Assembly (NCBI GenBank): GCA_041395165.1
Contig: JAWLBA010000001.1
Span: forward strand, 200,068 to 264,067
From: Verrucomicrobiia bacterium
GTDB taxonomy: Bacteria > Verrucomicrobiota > Verrucomicrobiia > JADLBR01 > JAIBCM01
DNA length: 64,000 nucleotides
Direction of reading: 5' to 3'
The first letter of the stretch is position 1. Each line of letters begins with the position of its first letter. Below the pieces are notes generated by a model, which was not told where the DNA came from, ran no database searches, and saw only the letters and a program-made list of their open reading frames with translations. The translations under genes were made by a program, and so were the position numbers. Positions 58,069 to 64,000 of the stretch are shown here, piece after piece.

Positions 58069-58533
58069 ATGGAACAAAAAACAAAAATTTATATCGAAGA
58101 AGGCAAACAGGACTTGGTGATAACAAGGGAATTTGATTTGCCATTAGAACTACTTTTTAAAGCCTATATAGAGCCTGAAATTGTTGAGCAATGGATGGGA
58201 ACGAAAGTGTTGAAACTTGAAAATAAAAAGCATGGCAGCTACCAATTTGAAACGACTGATCCTCATGGAAGCAAACATAGATTCAACGGGACGATCCACG
58301 AGTTTGATCCGAATCAAAAAATCACTCGGACATTTGAAATGGAAAACACGCCTTTTGAGGTTCAACTTGAGTTTTTAGAGTTTGAAAAGCTCACTGACAG
58401 CACCAGTCAACTCACTATGCATATTGTATATCGATCCATTGCGCTTCGAGACAAGATGTTGCAGTTACCTTTTTCTCAAGGCATCAATATGGCACATAAC
58501 CGTCTACAAGACATAGTAAGTAAATTAAGATAA
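58069..58533 (+). CDS. SRPBCC superfamily protein (AHSA1/Aha1-like domain)
   Basis: Commonly paired with ArsR regulators. Length and pattern (ITREFDLPLELLFKAYIEPE...WMG) fit the family. Confidence 0.75.
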   Translation: MEQKTKIYIEEGKQDLVITREFDLPLELLFKAYIEPEIVEQWMGTKVLKLENKKHGSYQFETTDPHGSKHRFNGTIHEFDPNQKITRTFEMENTPFEVQLEFLEFEKLTDSTSQLTMHIVYRSIALRDKMLQLPFSQGINMAHNRLQDIVSKLR

Positions 58534-58541
58534 AACACATT

Positions 58542-58862
58542 ATGACAAATGCGATTCGACGTTCGATTTTACGATGGATTCATCTCATCTTAAGTATTCC
58601 GATACTAGGCTATATTTATGAACCGGCTTCGGAAGTTCAACCGTATGCTGGCGGTGTTCGATTTATTTTTGTTCCTGTCATGCTCTTTTCTGGATATTGC
58701 ATGTATGCTGGTGTGTTTTTCGCTATCATTAGTGTTGCAGCGTGGCTTGGTGCCTACTACTTTTTGGGATTTGGACCGGCTCTCTTGAGCCAGGTTGTAT
58801 TATTTATCGCAAGAAAGATTGGATTAATTATTCTTGCGCGACGTTCCAAGCGCGCGAGTTGA
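58542..58862 (+). CDS. Small integral membrane protein, unknown function
   Basis: Three predicted TM helices. No family recognised. Confidence 0.5.
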   Translation: MTNAIRRSILRWIHLILSIPILGYIYEPASEVQPYAGGVRFIFVPVMLFSGYCMYAGVFFAIISVAAWLGAYYFLGFGPALLSQVVLFIARKIGLIILARRSKRAS

Positions 58863-58883
58863 ACTATTTAAAACTATAAAAAT

Positions 58884-59450
58884 ATGAAGAATAATAAAAA
58901 AGAATTACCGTCAAAAGAACGTGAAGAACTTCTTAAGACATTAAAAACTCGTTTTGAGAAAAACATGAATCGCCATAAAGGTTTGGAATGGGCTAAGGTA
59001 CAAACAAGATTGGAGACCCATTCCCAAAAATTGTGGTCGCTTAATGAAATGGAGCAGACTGGCGGTGAACCCGATGTAGTTGGTTACGATAAAAAAACGG
59101 ATGAATATATCTTTTTTGATTGTTCACCGGAAAGCCCGAAAGGTCGTACTAGTATTTGCTACGATCGTGAAGCGTTGGAATCTAGGAAAGAACATAAACC
59201 AGAAAATAGTGTTATGGATATGGCAGAGGCGATGGGTGTTGAACTTTTAACCGAAGAACAATATTTAAGTCTACAAAAGCTTGGGAATTTCGATATGAAG
59301 ACATCGAGTTGGGTAAAAACACCTGATGATATCAGAAAACTTGGTGGCGCGCTCTATTGTGATCGTCGTTACGGGCGTGTCTTTGTGGGCCACAATGGTG
59401 CGCAATCTTACTATAGTGCTCGGGGATTTCGTGGAGCGCTACGGGTTTAA
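58884..59450 (+). CDS. DUF4256 family protein
   Basis: FEKNMNRHKGLEWAKVQ, GGEPDVVGYD and YHNGAQSYYSARGFRGALRV-type segments match my recollection of DUF4256. Confidence 0.65.
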   Translation: MKNNKKELPSKEREELLKTLKTRFEKNMNRHKGLEWAKVQTRLETHSQKLWSLNEMEQTGGEPDVVGYDKKTDEYIFFDCSPESPKGRTSICYDREALESRKEHKPENSVMDMAEAMGVELLTEEQYLSLQKLGNFDMKTSSWVKTPDDIRKLGGALYCDRRYGRVFVGHNGAQSYYSARGFRGALRV

Positions 59451-59479
59451 ATTTTAAGCTATTTTGCCTTGCTTCGCAT

Positions 59480-62400
59480 TCATTTATTTTCTTCAAGTAA
59501 TTGTTCCGCCCAATAAAAAATTTCTTTGAACCGTTTTTTAAAATTTTTTTCAGTTAATCGCGGAAATTTGGAATCGATTAAAATGTAATCGCCACCTTTT
59601 TTGATTCGAACTTGATCTCCTACGATTTCCAAGCTGCTTGCGAGGTGTTCGCTACAGAGAATTTTTAAGCGTGTATATTGCAATAAATTTTCTACAGCCT
59701 CAGGCAATCTTCCAAAACGATCCTCCCATGCTTTTCGGGTGGTTTTCCATTCTTGTAGGGTCGAAATTTCGGCTAATTCGCGGTAAGCTTCGATGCGGAG
59801 GCCGGGTTCGGGTAAAAAAGAGATGGGCAGGTAGGCGGGTAGTTGATTCGACGATTTTTCGGATTCGTTGAGATTGAGAAAATCAATAGTGATTGATACA
59901 TCGCGTCGAAAAATGGGCTTACCGGTTTTGAGTTGTTCGATCGCCATTTTCAAAAGTTGGCAATATAACTCAAATCCAATGGCGGCAATGTGACCGCTTT
60001 GTTGCGTCCCCAAAAGATTGCCCGCGCCCCGAATTTCTAAATCGCGCATGGCGATTTTGAATCCTGCACCGAGATGAGAATACTGTTTGATCGCGCTAGT
60101 TCTGCGACGCGCCTCGCCTGTTATCAAAAGTTCGCGTGGCAACAAAAGATAGGCGTATGCTTTGTGTTGACCGCGTCCCACACGCCCGCGAAGTTGGTAA
60201 AGATCAGCTAAACCGAATCGATCCGCTCGATCGATAATAATGGTGTTGGCATTAGGAATATCTAATCCACTTTCGATAATAGTGGTGGAAACAAGCACGT
60301 CGGCTTTGCCTTCAACAAAAGCGAGCATGACTTGTTCCAGCTCATTTTCTTTCATCTGACCGTGTCCAACAATAACTCTAATTCCAGGAATCAGTCGTTG
60401 TATTTTTAATGCCATGCGTTCGATGCTTTCCACACGGTTGTGAAGAAAGAAAACTTGTCCATCTCTAGCTATTTCTCGCTGAATGGCGTCACGAATGAGT
60501 CGTTCATCATAAGGTGCGATGGCGGTTTCCACGGGCACGCGACCGGGCGGCGGTGTTTCAATTGTGCTCATATCACGCGCTCCCATAAGCGCCAAATAAA
60601 GCGTGCGCGGAATGGGAGTTGCCGAAAGTGTTAAAATATCAACCTGCCGAAATCGTTCTTTCAACACCTCTTTATGTTTCACGCCAAACCGTTGCTCTTC
60701 ATCGACCACGAGCAAGCCTATGTCTTTGAATTTCACATCGGGAGATAGCAAACGATGTGTGCCGACTGCGATATCGACTTCGCCTTTTGCTAAATCATTT
60801 ACTATTTTTTTCTGATCAGCCAATGAAGTGAAGCGACTTAAGACTTCAATTCTTACGGGATAATCCGCCATGCGTTCACGTAAAGTGTTACCATGTTGCT
60901 GCGCTAAAACTGTGGTGGGACAAAGAAACGCAACTTGTTTACCCGACATCACGGCTTTAAATGCTGCACGAATCGCCACCTCCGTTTTTCCAAAACCGAC
61001 ATCGCCACAAATCAAGCGATCCATCGGTGTCGCATTTTCCATGTCCTGTTTACTCGCTTCAATTGCCAGCAGTTGATCGGAAGTTTCTTGATAAATGAAA
61101 CTGGTTTCAAACTCACGTTGCCATTCGGTATCAGGAGGGAAACCATAGCTGGGATGAATGTGCCGTTCTGCCTGGATTTGTAAAAGTCTAGCAGCGTAAT
61201 CAAAAATGGCGCGATTCGCAGCGATTTTGGCTCGCTCCCAGCGATTGCCACCTAAGCTGTCCAGAGTGGGTTTTTTTCGGCTTACTCCCACGTAGCGACT
61301 AATCAAGTAAGCTTGGTTCAAAGGAACATAAAGCTTCGCGCTTTCTGCATATTCTAAAATGATGACTTCTTGTTCTTGGTTTTCCTGTAAAGCAAAATGT
61401 TTTAGTCCGCAAAAGCGACCGATGCCATGTTGCGCGTGAACCACATAATCGCCAATTTCCCACTCTTCAGGAGTTGTGTGTCGCGACTGCGCCAACAAAC
61501 TCGTGCGCTCTCGCAAACGAAAAGAACGAACCTGACGATAACGACCAAAAATTTCGGCATCGGTCAAAATCGCCAGCTTTGCTTCGGGCACCGTAAAACC
61601 TTGATTAAGGTGGCCGATCGAAAAAATAATAGCGTGTGTGATTGATTTTTTTTGTTCCTCTAAAATTTCTTTAAGCCGCTGGGCTTCACCTTCGTTGTGG
61701 CAAAAGATAATCATTCGCCAATCCTCACTTATCCATTGTTGCAAATGTTGCAAAAGATTGGCGCGGCGCTGTTCTTGCAAGAGAAGATCGGAGCTGCTTT
61801 TTTTTAGAAAGTCATGAGAAAAACCGGTGGGAGGTGGAGAGGTAGGTGGTGTTTCTTGTGTGCTATCGAGAATAAAACTTTTTTTATTTTCCTCGAATAA
61901 ATAGTCATAAAGTGTAGCTTCTGCTGGCGCTTCTTGAAGATTGGCCAGGAAAAAATTGAGTGAACTGATGTCGCGCAGTTTTAATTGATCGTGGATTGAA
62001 AACTCACGCATCGAATCGATTTCGTCACTAAAAAATTCAATGCGAACAGGATCTTCTGAATGGTAAGGGTAAATATCCAAAATGCCGCCACGTTGCGCAA
62101 ATTGGCCTTGTTGATCGATACGAGTCACCCGCAAAAACCCGGTTTGTGTTAATTGCTCTTGTAAATGGGTTAAAGAAAGTGATTGGCCGACTTTCAAAAT
62201 TTGTTGTTGTTCTTTTAACCAGGTGGGCGAAGGAAGTTTTTGTTCGAGTGCTTCGGTTAATGTTAAAATAATTAAAGGTTCCGATGAGGAACTGGAGCGC
62301 ATCAGCAACCTTTGCAAGGTGCGATAACGTTGCGCGATAAAGTCAGGGTCAGGTGTGACCGATTCTCGGATCTCCAACCAGGGAAAAAGTTGCACGACTC

Positions 62401-62629
62401 GTTTATTCAACCAAACCTCTAAATTGGCGGCTAACTCCTCCATCTCTTTAAACCTACGACAAATCACTAAGCAAACTTGCGGTCGATAAGTTACCAACGA
62501 AGCAATCAAATAGGCTTGATAAGCCAACGGTTCATAGCCTAAGGGATAGACCTCCCCCGCCAACACCGTGTGAGTCCATTCCTTCAATCTCGGGTTGTGA
62601 AGCAAAGTCGAATCTTGATTAGCTAGCAC
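59480..62629 (-). CDS. mfd: Transcription-repair coupling factor Mfd
   Basis: 1049 aa. Helicase motifs GDVGFGKTEVA and DEEQRFG. CarD-like domain (GDYVVHAQHGIGRF). TRG/translocation region. Confidence 0.92.
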   Translation of the reverse strand: MLANQDSTLLHNPRLKEWTHTVLAGEVYPLGYEPLAYQAYLIASLVTYRPQVCLVICRRFKEMEELAANLEVWLNKRVVQLFPWLEIRESVTPDPDFIAQRYRTLQRLLMRSSSSSEPLIILTLTEALEQKLPSPTWLKEQQQILKVGQSLSLTHLQEQLTQTGFLRVTRIDQQGQFAQRGGILDIYPYHSEDPVRIEFFSDEIDSMREFSIHDQLKLRDISSLNFFLANLQEAPAEATLYDYLFEENKKSFILDSTQETPPTSPPPTGFSHDFLKKSSSDLLLQEQRRANLLQHLQQWISEDWRMIIFCHNEGEAQRLKEILEEQKKSITHAIIFSIGHLNQGFTVPEAKLAILTDAEIFGRYRQVRSFRLRERTSLLAQSRHTTPEEWEIGDYVVHAQHGIGRFCGLKHFALQENQEQEVIILEYAESAKLYVPLNQAYLISRYVGVSRKKPTLDSLGGNRWERAKIAANRAIFDYAARLLQIQAERHIHPSYGFPPDTEWQREFETSFIYQETSDQLLAIEASKQDMENATPMDRLICGDVGFGKTEVAIRAAFKAVMSGKQVAFLCPTTVLAQQHGNTLRERMADYPVRIEVLSRFTSLADQKKIVNDLAKGEVDIAVGTHRLLSPDVKFKDIGLLVVDEEQRFGVKHKEVLKERFRQVDILTLSATPIPRTLYLALMGARDMSTIETPPPGRVPVETAIAPYDERLIRDAIQREIARDGQVFFLHNRVESIERMALKIQRLIPGIRVIVGHGQMKENELEQVMLAFVEGKADVLVSTTIIESGLDIPNANTIIIDRADRFGLADLYQLRGRVGRGQHKAYAYLLLPRELLITGEARRRTSAIKQYSHLGAGFKIAMRDLEIRGAGNLLGTQQSGHIAAIGFELYCQLLKMAIEQLKTGKPIFRRDVSITIDFLNLNESEKSSNQLPAYLPISFLPEPGLRIEAYRELAEISTLQEWKTTRKAWEDRFGRLPEAVENLLQYTRLKILCSEHLASSLEIVGDQVRIKKGGDYILIDSKFPRLTEKNFKKRFKEIFYWAEQLLEENK

Positions 62630-62808
62630 GTCAATCGGAAAGGTAGCAAATTTTCATGAAAAGAAAAATCGGATAAATCATTTGATAGACTTGGTTGCAT
62701 AGGGACAAAGCAACCTCAGATTGATATGGCTAGGTTTAATTCTGGAGCATTTTCATTGCAAGATGAGGTTGATTATGCAAATTTTTTCGATCGAAAGCAT
62801 TAAATTTT

Positions 62809-64000
62809 ATGGCAAATTCTTATCAAGTTACAGTCATCGGAGGTGGTCCTGGGGGTTATGTTGCAGCGATTCGCGCGGCACAACTCGGTTTTAAAACGGC
62901 GCTTATTGAAAAGTCAAAAACACTGGGAGGCACTTGTCTGAATATTGGTTGTATTCCGAGTAAGGCTTTGTTGGCTTCGACGGAGCATTTTCATTTTGCG
63001 CAACATCGCTTTGCGGCGCATGGTATTCAGAGCTCGGGTTTGAAAATGGAAATTCCTGCTTTGATGAAACGCAAAGAAGAGGTGGTGAAAAATTTAACTA
63101 AGGGCATCGATTTTTTGATGAAGAAAAATAAAATCGATCGAATTTCGGGCTTTGGTCGATTGGTGAATGGCACGACGATTGAGGTGGATGAGGATGGAAA
63201 AAAATCGCAAATTACTTCGGATAAAATTATTTTGGCCACGGGGAGCGAGCCGATTGAGTTGCCATTTTTGAAATTTGACGGAAATCGTGTGTTAAATAGC
63301 ACTCATGCGTTGGCTTTGGATGAAGCGCCAAAATCATTATTGGTGATTGGAGGGGGTGCGATTGGATTGGAGTTGGGTTTAGTGTGGAGTCGGTTGGGCA
63401 CAAAGGTGACGGTGGTTGAGTTTTTGCCGAGAATTGCTTCCGGATTTGATCATGAGGCGTCGGCTTTGTTGCAACGCATTTTTACTAAGCAAGGGTTTAC
63501 GTTTCATTTAGAAACGAAGGTGACCCAGGCCACAGTTGCTAAAGATAAAGTGGTTTTGGATGCGGAGCAAAAAGGTAAAGCGCTGAAGTTGGAAGCGGAA
63601 AAGGTTTTGGTTGCTGTGGGACGCAGGCCTTATGTGGAAGGACTTGGTTTGGATAAAGCGGGCGTCGCATTGACAGAAAAAGGGCGGGTGAAAGTCAATG
63701 AGCATTGGCAAACGTCGGTGCCGAGTGTTTATGCGATTGGGGATATGATTGATGGGCCCATGTTGGCGCACAAAGCTGAGGATGAAGGTGTGGCTGTTGC
63801 AGAACATTTGGCCGGTAAGCCAGGTCATGTGAATTATGATTTCATTCCCGGAGTGATTTATACTTCGCCCGAAGTCGCGAGTGTTGGGTTAACTGAAGAG
63901 CAGGCGAAAGAGAAAAAAATTGAGTATCGCGTCGGGAAATTTCCTTTTATGGCCAATGGTCGGGCATTGGCAAGTGACACGACGGATGGATTTGCAAAAA
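62809..64000 (+). CDS. lpdA: Dihydrolipoyl dehydrogenase (partial, runs off the right edge)
   Basis: Not in the ORF track because there is no stop in the window. ATG at 62809 gives MANSYQVTVIGGGPGGYVAAIRAAQLG and the redox-active disulfide GGTCLNIGCIPSKALL. A second NAD-binding motif VIGGGAIGLELG is present. Confidence 0.9.
   Translation, partial: MANSYQVTVIGGGPGGYVAAIRAAQLGFKTALIEKSKTLGGTCLNIGCIPSKALLASTEHFHFAQHRFAAHGIQSSGLKMEIPALMKRKEEVVKNLTKGIDFLMKKNKIDRISGFGRLVNGTTIEVDEDGKKSQITSDKIILATGSEPIELPFLKFDGNRVLNSTHALALDEAPKSLLVIGGGAIGLELGLVWSRLGTKVTVVEFLPRIASGFDHEASALLQRIFTKQGFTFHLETKVTQATVAKDKVVLDAEQKGKALKLEAEKVLVAVGRRPYVEGLGLDKAGVALTEKGRVKVNEHWQTSVPSVYAIGDMIDGPMLAHKAEDEGVAVAEHLAGKPGHVNYDFIPGVIYTSPEVASVGLTEEQAKEKKIEYRVGKFPFMANGRALASDTTDGFAK

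Noticed and set aside
57577-59480. Integrative element at tRNA-Pro.
   Set aside because: There is no integrase or recombinase, no repeat of the tRNA 3' end near 59450-59480, and only four small cargo genes. Reported only as a possible islet.

Overview
This is a 64-kb chromosomal window from a moderately AT-rich Gram-negative bacterium. The gene content and pseudopilin/T2SS architecture look PVC-superphylum (Verrucomicrobiota-like). That is an impression from reading the proteins, not a computed placement.

Layout:
- 0-11 kb: housekeeping genes (yebC, ald, ribD/ribE, comF, accD, folC, tRNA-Phe).
- 12.0-18.2 kb (minus strand): a partial complex I operon, nuoB-C-D-(lipoprotein)-E-F-G, without nuoA or nuoH-N.
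- 18.2-30.0 kb (minus strand): twelve contiguous genes of a type II secretion / type IV pilus-like machine (gspE-gspF-orphan-gspG-H-I-J-K-L-like-M-like-PilP/GspC-like-gspD). It ends 41 bp before nuoB.
- 30.4-35.9 kb: an accessory, partly AT-rich stretch. It holds a ~2.2-kb TPR gene broken by about seven frameshifts plus one in-frame TAG, remnants of a beta-rich ORF, a DUF3592-like gene with two frameshifts, and small secreted/membrane ORFs.
- 35.9-64 kb: housekeeping again (cobA-hemD, glgP, aminotransferase, recR, ybaB, dnaX, ABC-2 exporter, GT9, ubiE, ridA, recN, coaE, tRNA-Pro, an ArsR islet, mfd, lpdA). Four of these genes carry single-base frame breaks.

I saw no rRNA, CRISPR array, transposase, integrase, reverse transcriptase or recognisable defence/toxin enzyme, and I cannot point to a clearly novel multi-gene system.

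The items most worth a second look are:
1. A 131-nt nested-palindrome element at 6687-6817.
2. The orphan secreted protein wedged between gspF and gspG, and the hybrid T2SS/T4P platform around it.
3. The decayed accessory region next to the intact T2SS.
4. The pattern of 1-nt frame breaks in housekeeping genes, which could be sequencing artefact or ongoing gene decay.

All functional calls come from motif and family recognition by eye. No HMM, BLAST or folding computation was run.
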